The position numbers and the translations under genes were made by a program. Shown here piece by piece: positions 9,879 through 38,347 of a DNA stretch of 64,000 bases (position 1 is its first letter; every line of letters begins with the position of its first letter). Source of the DNA: Klebsormidium nitens (Eukaryota > Plantae > Klebsormidiophyceae); NCBI GenBank assembly GCA_000708835.1, contig DF237275.1, positions 36,087 to 100,086 of the forward strand, in the 5' to 3' direction. The notes under the pieces were generated by a model. The model saw nothing but the letters and a program-made list of their open reading frames with translations. It was not told the origin of the DNA and searched no databases.

Positions 9879-12800
9879 ATGGACAAGGCCACAGAACCGA
9901 TGGAGACGCAGGAGTTTTTACGTCAGATTAATGCTCACTCACCTGGCTCTACCTCCTGTAAGACATTCGAAGAGATTGATAAAGACGCAGCCCTTGCTCT
10001 ATGCGAGCTGAGAATCGGTACTGGAAGATTTCCGGGGCCGACAGACCTCAACAGCGCTACTTGCAACGATGATTCCCCTGTTCAGGGAGGAAGTAAGAGC
10101 GTTTTTGACATGAGCAGTTCGGACGAGTCCAGCTTAGACTTGGATTTAAGGCTCGAGGTTGGCAGTACAAGCAGAAAGGAAAGGCCAGGGGTAAATGGTT
10201 CAGAGCATGAAGAGCCTGATCAGATTCTCTCCCCAGATTCATCGCCCCCCAGTAAGCGCAATTTGGTCGAGGATGCTTCTCTTCAGCAAGGAAAAGGAAG
10301 GAAACGAGGAAAGTCCGTCAAGACGTCCTTACGGAAGCCGTATGAAGCTATGGAAACCGCTGACAAAGTGAAAGCAGATGAATCCCACCAACTTCCAGGT
10401 GTGAAAGATGCGAATATCATGTCCCCGAAACGGACTCGAAGGGGCCCTCAGTCAAATAGCTCCGGGTATACAGGGGTAACATTCAGCCGCACGTCAAGAT
10501 GGGAAGCACATATTTGGTAAGTTAACGTGATGCTTCCACAATAATAGAATCTACATGCAGAGTAGATTAAGTCAAGAAGATGCCATCATTATCCTTTACT
10601 ATCAATACAAATTTACTTGCTGTCAGAGATTCGTCTAGTTCAAGTCAAAAATGATATATGCCACTTCGCTCAGTGACTAGCCGACTATGCAAACGCCCCT
10701 TGATGATGGTATGACTGATAGTTTTTCATCGTTTCCAACAGGGACAGTGGGAAGCAGGTATACCTTGGTAAGCTAGAAGTTTCGACCCTCCGAGTCTTTA
10801 CTGTCTGGCTTGAATGATTACATCAACGAAAGGTGTTCCTTGATTGCAAATGGAGAGGCTTTGAATCAGGAAGTCTCCAGGATCTTTCTTTCATTCTGCA
10901 TGGCTCATCGAACTGTGTATTGTCTTAATCTGCACTTTCTTTTGCAGGAGGATATGATAACGCGGATGATGCAGCACGTGCTTACGACAAGGCAGCTGTA
11001 CGGTTTAGGGGCCCTGCCGCCGACATCAACTTCCCGTTGCACGAATACGAAGACCACATACGGGAGGCAAGCACTTCTGTCTGAAGACTGCCTTCGATGT
11101 GGCACTGTTCAACAAGATGCCTCGCCAGACAGGTGCTTGCTTCGGTGGATTCCTGATTTCTCGGATGCCCTTTCCAGAATGCTTGGTTTTGCTTTCTAAC
11201 CTTACAAGCATCAAAGAAATCATACGAATGACACCAGATCCAACATCCTTTTGATTGGTGACTGTCTTGTTTTCTGCTCATCAGACGGCTCATCTGAGCA
11301 AAGAGAACTTCATCCACGCGCTAAGACGTGAGAGCCCTTGGTTCACCCGGGGCAGCAGCCGCTATCGAGGCGTAAGCCTGCACACGTGCGGCCGTTGGGA
11401 AGCTCGGCTGGGCCAGATGGGGCCGGGGAAGAAATACATCTACTTGGGGCTCTTTGATACAGAGGAGGAAGCCGCGATGTGAGTTACTTTGCAGGGTTTA
11501 TTGTCTGCTGAGTGACCGTATACGTTTATCTCGTCAATGGACGAGGGTGAACAGATTGGATTCCGTTGCTGTGGTCCGCTGTTTCATAGGCTGTCAGGAT
11601 AACGTTCTTTACTTCCACTTTTGTAACAAACCTTGCCCTTGTTAATTGAGTGGATGATTCAGGATTTCAAAATCCAGTTGATTCGGCCTCTGCAATGCGT
11701 GTTAGCTATTGTAAATGGTCCCTCCAAACCCAAAATAATCCGTGCTTCTTCCATCAAACCTTTTCCCCAACACGTTTCGTCTTCTCGTCTTTTGCTTTCC
11801 AGGGCCTACGATAGAGCTCTCCTCCGGTCCAGCCGATGCCACAACATCGTTACCAACTTCTCTCTTCCCTGCGAAGAAGCCGGTGGAGACATTCAGATGG
11901 ATCAAGCTCTCACCCTCCAAGGTCGGCTCGCCGGTACTTCACTTACGCTTTTGTTCCTGTTGAAGGTTGGACAAGACTGTCGGTTGACCAATGGTTCTTC
12001 TGCGTTAACATCCTTCTGACGAAGATCAAACCCGCTTCTCCACCTTGCTCTCCATGTTGTCGAAGGGAAAGGTAGACAGCATGAGATCGGAACGTTGTAC
12101 TTTCATCCTCTCAACCAAGTTGTAATACATTCAACGAGACGCGCAGATTATAGACCCAGATGAATCTTCTCGAACCAGCCAGTCCACAAGTCTAGTCTTT
12201 GTACTTCACCTCTCCCTATGATAAGTTCGAACTTCTCCTTCTGCAGGACCATCGACTCCCGCTGAAATTCCGCCTCCTCCAAGACTCTCCTATCTCTCCC
12301 AGTTGGGAACCGAATCACGCTCGACGCTGAGCCCCAGGTTCACTGCTCCCGACTGCTCGCAGACGTACTCCTCTGCCAGTCCCCGGGTCACAACCTCGTC
12401 CCGCCCAGCTGCCGTCACACCCTCCCTCTTCGCACCGCCGAGCTTCCACACGTCAGTCGTGACGTCAGCAGGCGCACAGCTGTCGCCAAGGGCCGGACTC
12501 GCACCTTCTTTCGGACACCTGTCCGGTACCCCTGAGCTGCCGTACCTAGGGTCTCCGGTGTCAGGAAGCCTCTCCCTCATGAGACAGGATTTGCTGCTGA
12601 CGGAGCGCGCACGTCAGCTGGCCGCCTTCCAGTTGGCCCAAACGTTCTGGTCGCGCGCGCAAGCGCCCGCGGCTTCGAGCGCCGCGGCTGGCGGCACTGG
12701 GAATTGGGGGGCCCAAGAGAGGGGAGCCGTCGCTTCCGCGGATCCAAAAGCACTGGAACGGGTGAGTGCTACACGGATGTGCAGCATTGGCATTCTTCGT

Positions 12801-13392
12801 AAGTGTTAAGATTGTTGTTTCCTTTGGAGACTGCACAGCCGTCGAGGATTGCCATAAGTCACTCTTTGGACTTGGTTGTCGATGTCGCTTGCCTATCGTT
12901 CGACAGAGTGACACGCTACGCTGATAAAGGTACTTTCATAACGTTACAGAACGTCTGATGGGCCGTTTTCGAGCTCATTCTCGCTTCGAAAGTCATCCCG
13001 CTCTGCATTCCTCATAAGGTCCCCAAGGCCCCCAAGTGACCAAAGCCTTTCCTTTTTCAGAAGTGAAACCTGAATCCGTTTTCGGGCTTTTTATATTGGT
13101 CGGGTCCGGTGGCACAAAGCGTCCGACGATGCTGGGAGATCCGGATTCAGAAGTGCTGCTTCAACCCTGTTTGCAGGCGCATCTCCCTCTGCTGCACCTG
13201 CACGCTCTTAGTCAACTTGCCGGTCAATCAGCGGGGTCCGTGCTGCCACGTGGCCCGTTGACGCACCCGGCGCTTTGGCAGTACCTCGCAGATGTACGGA
13301 TGCTCGAGGCACTGAAAGGAGTGCACCATGGGGCAGCTTATGCGCCGTCTGCGCCAACAGAAGAGCCAGCGATCTCCCAGGAGCAGACTTAA
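9879..13392 (+). CDS. AP2: Double-AP2-domain transcription factor, euAP2/APETALA2-like. Exons: 9879-10516, 10742-10767, 10948-11066, 11285-11478, 11803-11921, 12247-12761, 13177-13392
   Basis: Spliced product: [137 protein letters not shown]. This matches the euAP2 NLS, R1, linker and R2. There is an EAR-like LDLDLRL in the N-terminus. The start codon and the last two exons are less certain. Confidence 0.92.
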
Positions 13393-14805
13393 CTCCGTTT
13401 AGCTCCTAGTTTATGCGGATTGAACAGGATAGCTCATCATTTTATGCGGGTCCAGTCAGGCTTGACGAGGGCGTATCGTTGAGGAAGCACCTTGTGCAGC
13501 TTATTCTGTGTTATAGGATAACTACGATAGCAAATTGCCGGTCAATGAAAATCCTGATTACTGTGGGATGGTTGGAAGTGGAGGTGTATACTGCAGGTGC
13601 AAACTGTTTGGGCCTGCCGCCCGAAGTTTACTAGGGGTTTTGTAGCCGTAGGCTTGGTTAAGTAAGTGTTTCGACCAGCTTTTACTATGTTATTGGCTTC
13701 AATTGCTACGTGACGTCGTCAGTAGCATCTAGCTGTACGGATGTGAACCCCGTGGTTGAGAAATCATATCTCAAGCGGTCGATTTAGAAAGTCTTAAGGT
13801 CTACGGAAGTCTCTACGGGTGTCAGCTTGGTGTAGGACTTCGTTACGCGTTAACCCGCTGAGGACAGCACGGCGTGTATTTATTGCTTAGCTGGGGGCCG
13901 CCACGTACCACGATTCGTTAATTAACCACGCAGTTTATCCCCTTCATAGACAGTACTTTGCTGACATTAGTGTACTTGATTCATTGTTTTGTGCAGAATG
14001 AATCCAGGTTATCCCGTCCGACCCTTCTTAATGGGCGGCAATCTTCACCTGATTGCACGAGATACCCGCCAGACACGTCCAGGATTGCTAGCTGAGCTCA
14101 TGAGCATGAGCTTGAGCATTTTTGATGCATGGGATCATTTAAGCGACGTTCACATGTCGAGGGCCGTCATACTGAGCGCCACGCACGTGTCAATCTGCTG
14201 TACTGCTTGCAACGTCAGCTATAGCTAGCCGCCGCGCCGTACAGCTAGCTAAGTATTCAAGTCTAAGTGCATGTGCGTTGAAACGACCTTAATTTGAGAC
14301 TGTTCTGCAACTGGTTGCGCAGTGCACGACTGAAATTTGATCCAACGAGCTCCAGCGAGCTCTACAATTGATTGCTGCTAATCACATGACTTCGTTAAGC
14401 TGTGATCGCTCATTCTCAGGATGCTCATGCACACAGCCTCAGTGCGCATAATGCATTTTCATGTTTACCGTTTCCAGCTTGCCGGGAGAACTGGAATGCG
14501 GGGCCTGATATTGACTCAGTCCAATCACTCTAGGCCAGTGCCGCGCATCAAGCATAGCCTTGTATTCCACAGACGCACCGCACCGCATGACTGAATTGCC
14601 TGCAGGAGTTTTGAAAGACGGAGTTTTTCCAGGCCATGTTCGCGAGCAACATGTTCGATATTCTAAACCGCGTGCAGTTCAATTTGGCTGTGCTCAGTGA
14701 CAACGCTGTACTGCACAGTTTGGAGGGGGGTCTCGTGCGAGCCATTATCTACAAGAAGACTCGCTTCTTTACTTAGCCAGCATCAACTTCGAAGCTGTTG
14801 GCCCC

Positions 14806-30066
<15,261 letters not shown>

Positions 30067-30689
30067 GACGTTGGACTCTTTGCTCAATTGTCGTTCTTCG
30101 GGTGGCAAATCAAGAAACTACACGAATACATTCTGGCAACCATACAGACACCAGAAAATTGACCCGCTTCCCTGTTTGCAGACGCATGTTCTCTGCTTGT
30201 TTCAAATAATGTTGCGTCCAACTGGTCCTCCCAAACGGTGTGATGAGGTCGCCCCACGGGCCGCGACCTGTGAAGAAGCAATGCCAATGGCTAGGCTAAG
30301 GCAGTACCGATAAAGCTCGACAAAATGATCCTAGCTAGGCTCCTTTCCTTGCCTTCAATGAGCGGCCAGGATCTTAGACTTCAGTCACCCCCACGTACTG
30401 GCACGGGCCACAACGAAATGCCAAGCAGCGCGCCGCAGGTGGCCGCAGGTAGGTAACTAGGAATTTGAGCATTGTGCATTCATATTTTTCGGCGGCAACT
30501 TGGAAGAAAAAAGCACAGCGGTAATGCTTCTTATTGATGGGAATGCGTAATGCCAAACCCCTTTGAGCCTCAGTCTTGTCAAACGCGGCCGCGCAGTCTC
30601 AAAAGACGGCCGCTCTGAGACTGACGTTGTGATTGATCGATCGAAGGCGAGCTATAGCTTGATTGTACGTATACACAAGGGACCAGCAC

Positions 30690-31222
30690 AACTTTTTGAA
30701 TTGGGAGTCCTGGGACATCCTGCGGTGTGTCATTGGGCGTCTTTTGGACTCTCCAGGGTTCTTGATTGGGTGTCCTCGGGTGTCCTGGCAGAGGATGCCT
30801 TTCAAGGCCCTTTTGGGTGTCCAAGTTGCCTCCGTGCAGACTTTGCCCCAGTCATGCCCTCAACCAGTGGTCGCACCGAATCTAGCCCCAGGAAAACATT
30901 TCAGCTAAAATAGCGCTGTACCGACTCCGGTTGCTAGTGAGCTGCCCGTCACAAGGCTACTACCGTCAGTGTCGAAGGTCTGATACATTAAAATAAAGAT
31001 ATTCAAGTTCGGGATATATCAGAAATCTACTAGGTTATTAAGCAAGATTGGCCCCCTACTTCGTAATCAGGGTTAAAATTTGAGACATGCTTGGGCGATT
31101 GGGTGTCCTTGGGACCCCCTGACTTGGCCGGATGGGTGTCCTTCGGACACCCTGACGACCCCTTTTGGGGGTCCATTCCGACCATTGGGTGTCTTTTTAC
31201 CTGAGAGGGGACACCCAATCTT
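30690..31222. repeat. Cluster of TGGGTGTC(C) motifs upstream of ATR, possibly a transposon remnant
   Basis: TGGGTGTC occurs at about 30767, 30814, 31100, 31134 and 31186, with a CGGGTGTCC variant at about 30778 and inverted GGACACCC at about 31145 and 31209. No clear TIR or TSD was found. Confidence 0.5.
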
Positions 31223-31991
31223 AACGCTGCTTGAAGGGACGTCGACGTACCTCGAGGACGTAAAGCCGCCGCCTGAGCCGCTGAGCCGCGCCTTATAAGG
31301 CCGCGCGCCTGTTATCATTATGATAGCGCCTGCATGTATGCAGTGAGTCCGGAAAATTCTTGCAAGCTCCGCAAGTGATTCTCTGTGCTTTGTCCTTGTT
31401 CCGTCAGAAGATTGTTTGTAAGACATAAACCATCATTGCCGCGCCGATCTGGCCGGCGTCTGACGCGTGTAGATCCATGGCCCAAGTACGTCGTGCCAAT
31501 CGAGCGGGTCACTCCTTTTATAAGATGCTTGAAAAAGGAGCATGCATCCTGCATGCACATATAAGGAGCATAAGCATACGGAACTTGGATCTACATACTT
31601 GCATATGCATCAGACGTACAGGCAACACATTATTGGCACGCGAATCACACGAACGGCCAGCTAAATGTCATCCGACAAATCACGCACATACACGTCTCAC
31701 GTCAATGAATGTGCGCCCGTAGCAACTATACAGGGGTACAACTTCAACGTACATTCTTCTGCAACGTAAACCCCCAGGGGCTCACATGATACACGAGCAC
31801 GAGTCTCCGTATCGGCATCGTTGCTTGTTCTTTGAATTGTCCGCCGAACGAGCGGTTCACGACTCGTGAAGGGAGTTTGCCAACAATGCCGAACCGCTCG
31901 TTCGGCGGACAAGTCAAAGAACAACCAACGGGTCCCAACATCAATGCAGGTCGACTCGCACACACAGAAGGTCACCGCAACGTGTCCGCCG

Positions 31992-34900
31992 TCAGCCCGC
32001 TTGATCACGGTGTTCGCTGCCCTTTCTTTGCCCCTCCTTCTTATCATCCGCGTCTGGAGGCTGTTCATCCGCATCTTCCAAAAACCCGAAGTAGTCGTCC
32101 GTGTTCTGTTCCTGCACTTGCCGCAGGAGTTGCTGAAACTGCGCCGCCTTGTCCTCCAGCCCCGCACGTTCGTATGCCTGCGCCATCTCATCTATGATTA
32201 CCTTGCCCGGCCGGAAGTTCCGGTACTTGATGATCCCAAAAGCCTCCTCCATCTTGTCGATCTTGTTGGCCTGCAGCAGACAAAATAAAACGTGAAGAGT
32301 GAGTCATACAATAGATACGTGTCCATACTGGAGGCACCCACAAACCAGCTCCCAGCCAGTCAAGTAGGAGTACTAGTCGCAAACAATATGTGCCAAAGGG
32401 GGAAGCCTCGGCCGCCAAACACCCGCCCCGCTAGTTCAACCAAGGTGCAACTCTTACAGCAAGCAGTTTCGGATGCCGGGATCGAATCAGCTGCAAATCG
32501 AGGTGTCACTGAAAACACAACAACCCAAAGAGTTCATTAAGAGTGCGCACCTGGGCGTAGGTCCTGACGAGCTGGTTAAAGGCAATAAGCTTGACGTGCT
32601 GGAAGTCGCGGATGAAGTTCATGAGCTCGTCCACCATTTCGAACTGGCCCGCGTCACCGTATGCCGCAATCAGCACCTTGTACGTCACCGTGCTCGCCGG
32701 AACGCCGCTCTCCTCCATCATCTGCACAACAGGCCGGAGGGTTTACAAGTTGAGGGTTCAAGTGTTGAAAGTCAAGGGGATGCAGGATTGAGGGTCACAG
32801 GGAAATAGAGATTGCTTGAGAGTCACAAAGAATACAGGTGACTTGAGGGTCACTGGTACACGGGTAACCTGTCACTACTTGAAACTGAGAGGTGGATGTG
32901 ATTCACCCAAGAATCATACACAATAAGAGTCTCTTGAGAAAAGAGGATGAAGGGTTCGTTTCGACGCCGCGGTGGGACAAATGAGTGCCAATCAGACGGA
33001 TTCGGTTCGACGCCGCGATAAGGACAAATGAGTGCCGATCAGACGGAAGGACACAGTCTCAAAGTCGAGCACCTTTTGCATTCCAAACTGGCGATCCTCT
33101 CCAGAAACCAGGAGGAGGGCGACACGACTTGTGCTTCTGGTCACGAGCACCGCAGGCCTAATTACCACCTAAACGCATTTCCACAAGAAGCCAGCTCGAG
33201 CAAAAGCACAAGCACAACTACTCCGGCCCCCACCTTGAAGAAGGGCGCGATCTTGTGCGTCTGCCCCGCGTGTGAGTACGCGGCCAGCACCGCGTTGCAC
33301 GACCCCTGCATCAGCTCGACCCCGTCCGCGCGCATCCCGCGCAGCTCCTCCTCTGCTTTCGCCAGATCGCCGGACTTTGCGTACGCCATGAGCATGGCGT
33401 TGCGGACGACGAAGCCCGGCTGGTAGCCCTCCGCGCAGAAGCGTTCGATCGTCCGCATGGTGTCCGCGACGCGGCCCATCTCCGCGAACCCGGTGATGTA
33501 CGCGTGCCACAGGAGGGGGCGAACCGGCTCGCCCTTGGCCTGGATGCCCGATATGATTTCTGCGGGGGAAGCAAGAGTTGGCCTTTCAGCGGGGGTGGGA
33601 TGCGTATATCTTAACAACAAAGAACCATGGAAAACTTGAAAAGCACCCCGGACGATCTGATACGTCCTTTGTATCGGCGGAATAACATCGACTACCAAAA
33701 GCAAGTCAAAAGAGGGTGATCAAAATGCAAGTGATTAGGTGCGGGACAGATGAGTGACAACTGCAACAGTACGCATGAGAGATGCGAGAGTACGTAGTGC
33801 TAACGCCGAAGGGTGAGGGTGAAAGGGACAGTGCCTCTTCAGCACGGGGTCATAGGTGCAAACTCTTCAAAGCGCAGATAGTGGCGGGGACGCGAACAGA
33901 AGGACGAAGAGGCATTAAGACGAACACGGAAACCCGAAACGAGGACCTCTGAACGCAACACTAGTGACCCGGCCTTAGCTTACGACTCTGCGGGTTTAAC
34001 GCCTAGCCAAGAGCTTCCATTTGTACACGGACCGCTTCACCGGCATACGATGTTGAGGAACAGCTCACCTTCCGACTTTTCAAACATGCCCGCCTTTGAA
34101 TACGCCAATACGAGCGCCTTTCTGGTGGACGAGTCCGGCTCGTATCCATCCGCCTTCATCATCGCCGCATAATCCTCCACCAGCTTCACAACCTGCACAC
34201 GCGTAGCGTTTTCAATCTAGTTCTTCGCCATGCTTGGCCCTGGCGGCGGGCCTAGGATACCGGAGCAAGAAGTCATAAAGTATTGCAGGCTTGCAACCCC
34301 TGCCGCCCAAAAATAGCATACAGAGCAGCTTGAAAGGGGTTCAAATCTGGTCGCAAAAGCTGTCTGCAACATGAAGCGTCTGCAATGGCCTCGCTTGTCG
34401 GCTTACTAGAAACTATTTCTAATCGTCCCGAAACGGTCTCGAAATCGCTCATGAATCGCCTGAAAGGTTCTCGACGCTCCTCGTCAAACGTGCGTTTCGA
34501 CCCGTGCCACAGAGCGTCAGGGGACTGTGAAGCCCTGGCTTCAGAACGCACCTCGTCCTTGTAAGAAGCAATCTTCCGAGAATCGTCTCATGTCAAATAT
34601 CCAAATCCCCTGATGAACCGCTCAAGAACCGCCTGAAGCGGTCTCCTACATACAACAAGAAAGCATTTCGAGACGTCCCAAAGCGCTCTCGAAAACAGAC
34701 AACTGGCTGCAACACGCACCCTGTCCGCATACTTGGGCATCATCGCCTTGGCCAGCGTCGTCAGCAAGGAGTTGTACACAATCAGGTTCGGACGGTATCC
34801 CGCCGCGCGCATCTCCTCAAACGCGCGGATCGCCCGGACGAGCAGGTTCGCCTTGCCATATGCTTGGACGACGGTGGAACACGTGTACGAGTCGGGCTCG

Positions 34901-37900
34901 ATGTGCGCGCGCTGCATCTGCACCAGGAGCGCCTCCACCTTGCGGTAGTGGCCCTCGCGCGCGTAGCACGACATGAGCGTGTTGTAGCTCACGATGTCGG
35001 GCTCCACGCCGAAGTTGCCCTGCGTGGAAAAAAGGGAGATCTCATTTGTTGACCTTTGAAGTTTAGCGCTTTGAACGTGAGTAGGGAGAATGTAGCGGCT
35101 TGCAGCATCTTGTGTACGAGCTATTTTCGGCCGCTTTTCCGCAAAGTTACAGGAGAAAGCCTTTGGACTTTTAACATTGGGTTGCGAAGCATTGCATCAT
35201 AAGCCCGACTAAGATGTCTCGGCACCCTCACTCCAACGAAGCTACAAACAAAGCAGATACTCTTCGACCAAGGTCCCCGAGGACTAGACGTTGCAACCAA
35301 GCCATGGATCCCGACGGCACAAAGCCCTGCCCGGAGGGCTCACCTCCGAAATGCTCATCTTCAGGAACACCTTCTCGCACGGGATCGGCCGCCGCGAGCG
35401 CAGCAGGTTGCCCAGCAGGTTGTTGAAGTCGCGCACGTCGGGCCGCCCGGGCACGTGCCGCCGCATCTCCTCCAGCATCTCGAAGGAGCGCCAGAAGGCG
35501 CTGCTCTGCGAGGTGAAGCGCAGGAGCTTGACGTACGCGGTGTGCGAGGTGCCGCAACCGTCGGAGACGAGCGCGCGGAAGTACTTCCACCCCAGGTGGT
35601 GGTCCTCCTCTTGGAGCGCGTAGATGCACATGTGGTACAGGGTCGGGTCCGCGACGTAAAACTCCTGCTGGCGGTACCAGCTGAGGACCTGGAAAGGGCG
35701 AGGGCGCGAGAGCCGTGTCAGTTGATTGAAGATGAAACGCCGGCAAGGAGGTAGGAGCGAAAGCTGAGTCAACATGCAGGCGATGGACCATCAGCGAGGG
35801 GACTGCGGACGTTTGCTTTACACAGTAGCGTGGCAGAAAGGCGGGACGACGAGGAATCCCCTTGGCACTTGAACCATAGTGTGGGGTCGACGGTTTCTTG
35901 AATGGCTGACGACCGCGCCGTTCACAGATCACTTTGTATCTTTCAAGACAACGGCGTCCTTGCACAGGTCATCAACAGGGAACCAAGTGGTGGCCTTTGC
36001 ACACTCTGCGCCGCACACGTAACGCATCCCTGCTTGATTGTCCCACTTCTTGACAGTGAACTTCGTAGTCCCTCCCAAATTGTCGTGATTGCAAAGCTTC
36101 TGCCGTAGTACTGAGAAAGTAAGCCGATGCGAAGAGGAACGATGCTCGAGGCAATTCGCAGGTCTGCTTGTAAGATCGACCTAGCAAGGATAAGTTGGCA
36201 CTTAGAAGCATGAGTGCTCAGCTGTCGAAGTGCACTGCCGCTGCAGATCAAACCAATCCAACACTTGAAATCTTAGAGACGCTCAAATCCTGGAAATAGG
36301 ACGCACAAAAGCGCTCTTACTTCGTACGCCCGCCAGCCATAGCCCCTTCGCGCGAGCCGCATGACGACAAAGAACATGGTGCGCGCATCAAGCCTCCCCA
36401 AGTTCTTCGCCAGGTACTCCTCAACCTCGGGCGGTTCGATCCGGGCCATGTGCGTGATTATCGCTTCAACATACTGGTTCTGGTCGGGGGGAAGGGCGTG
36501 CTGGAAGGATGGGTCAATGTCGCTGCGCTTGAGGAACGATGCGGTTTCGCCGTCCCTTATCAGCGAGAGTTTTGGGGAGTTGGGGGAGGCTCTCGGCCGA
36601 TCGGATCCCCTGCCGCGCCTCTGCAAGAGTGAAGTTCTTTCATGATTGTTGCAAGGCGGAGTGGATGGGCTAGAAGTTTGGAGTGCGGGCAGGTTGGTTA
36701 GCACAGCAGGCTTCGTTTCAGGGATGAAGATCGGGAACAGAAAGCTGGCATGAACATAAGTCGCCAAGTCTTGGAGTCTAGAGGGAATGCCGATGATGTC
36801 TTGCGCTATACAGGAACCATTGTTGACGAGGATAGAATGTTGTTGACTCCAAAGAGTATTTTCTTGTTCTCAAATCTGTTGCAGTTCCCACTATTCAATA
36901 GGATCCCCTGATTCAAACAGGATACAAGGAACGCAATTTGGACGATATCGAAGTGTGGGTGGGAGGACTACACGGGGCAGTCTGTCCTGAAAACATCTAT
37001 CGATCAACACAGACAGTGCTTCGACCTACATAGTGCGTAACTGTTGAACAGTAAGTGTATCTAGAGGCACTAAACAGATTGGCAAAATCTCCGGGAATTG
37101 TTGCAATCATTGCTTTTACGTGGCTCGGCCCCTTCATGGAAGCTGTGTTCAGGGGGTCAAACAGCCGACGACGCAGAATTTTACCTCGGAGAAGTGTTCA
37201 GGATCTACATTTGCTGCAGTGACCCGTCGATACACCCGCTTCAAATCCTGCGACTCGACAGAGTCATTCGCAACCCCTTCGCTCTTGTGCAACGCCGCAG
37301 CCCCTTCAAACGACTGTCCGGAAGTGCTGGCCACGTCCCCCCCGCGCTCAAGTTGAGCGTCTAAAGTCCTTCCGAATGAGCGACTCTCTGCAGGTTGTTG
37401 TCCTGGATCTTGGCGCTCAAAGTCAGTTCGATGAGGCTGCTCCCTTGCTGCCAAACCCGCTCGTCGTTCTATATGAGAAGTGTCGCGAAGAAAGCTAGCA
37501 CCCTGATCATCGACAGGAGGAATCAGCGGCTCCGGCGAAGGCTCCGCTAATTGTGTTGCAGCAACGCTGGAAAGGGGCCGCAGGGCTGAGGCTGGTGCAT
37601 CGAGCAGGGAGGACAGGCGGGGACACAGGGCTCTGCAGGAAATACAAAACGACTTTTCAAAGCGGGGTTTCAAAAGCGACTAAAAAATTCTGAAACCTCG
37701 CTCTCATGGCCTGCAATTTTGAACGAGCGCCACCACTTCCACCACTTCGGATCAAGAAGGCAATCTCTAAACAAAATTCTCCATCTTCCAGATGCAAATT
37801 AACGATCACCATGTGAAAGTAGGTACTTGTGGGCTGATTTGATAGTGACTAGATCTTGCTTTTGCTGAATAGAAAATTCTGCCAACAAGTAGGTCAGCGT

Positions 37901-38347
37901 CTGAGCTCAACAATTGGCAGAACTTTACAATGCAGACAAGCATGTGCAGTGGTACATGTTTTCACTTTCTTCCACACCCCTCAAAAGCCAAGCCTATGCT
38001 CTTGACCATTCCCAATTGAATCCCCTTCTATCGAGCGCACCCCCTGAACAGGTTTCTCTGTTTGCTGAATGCTGCCTTATAAGAGCCTAGCGTGCAGGTG
38101 GTGAGATCTGGAACATCCATAATTACCACCACTAGCAACATACTTTCTTACTGAGCAGCTCGACTGATTATTGTCCGCCAGAAATCAGAGGTGACAACTT
38201 GGCATTGGCGGTGAAAACTACAGGACAAGAAAGTCTTTGTTCCATACGCCATCGATTCTTTCTGCATTACATCAAAAGACTACACATACCCCGCTTGAGA
38301 AAAGTCACTCACTTGATGGCCTGCCTGAAGACTTGCGCCGCAGCCAT
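31992..38347 (-). CDS. P-type pentatricopeptide-repeat protein with putative organellar (mitochondrial-like) presequence, about 9 exons
   Basis: 35-aa repeats such as PDIVSYNTLMSCYAREGHYRKVEALLVQMQRAHIE, PDSYTCSTVVQAYGKANLLVRAIRAFEEMRAAGYR, PNLIVYNSLLTTLAK and STVTYKVLIAAYGDAGQFEMVDELMNFI. First exon 38313-38347 splices in frame to give MAAAQVFRQAIKALCPRLSSLL. Stop TGA at 31992-31994. Confidence 0.88.
32960..33047. repeat. About 46-bp tandem duplication in a PPR intron
   Basis: TTCGACGCCGCG....GGACAAATGAGTGCC(A/G)ATCAGACGGA at 32960 and 33006. Confidence 0.8.
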
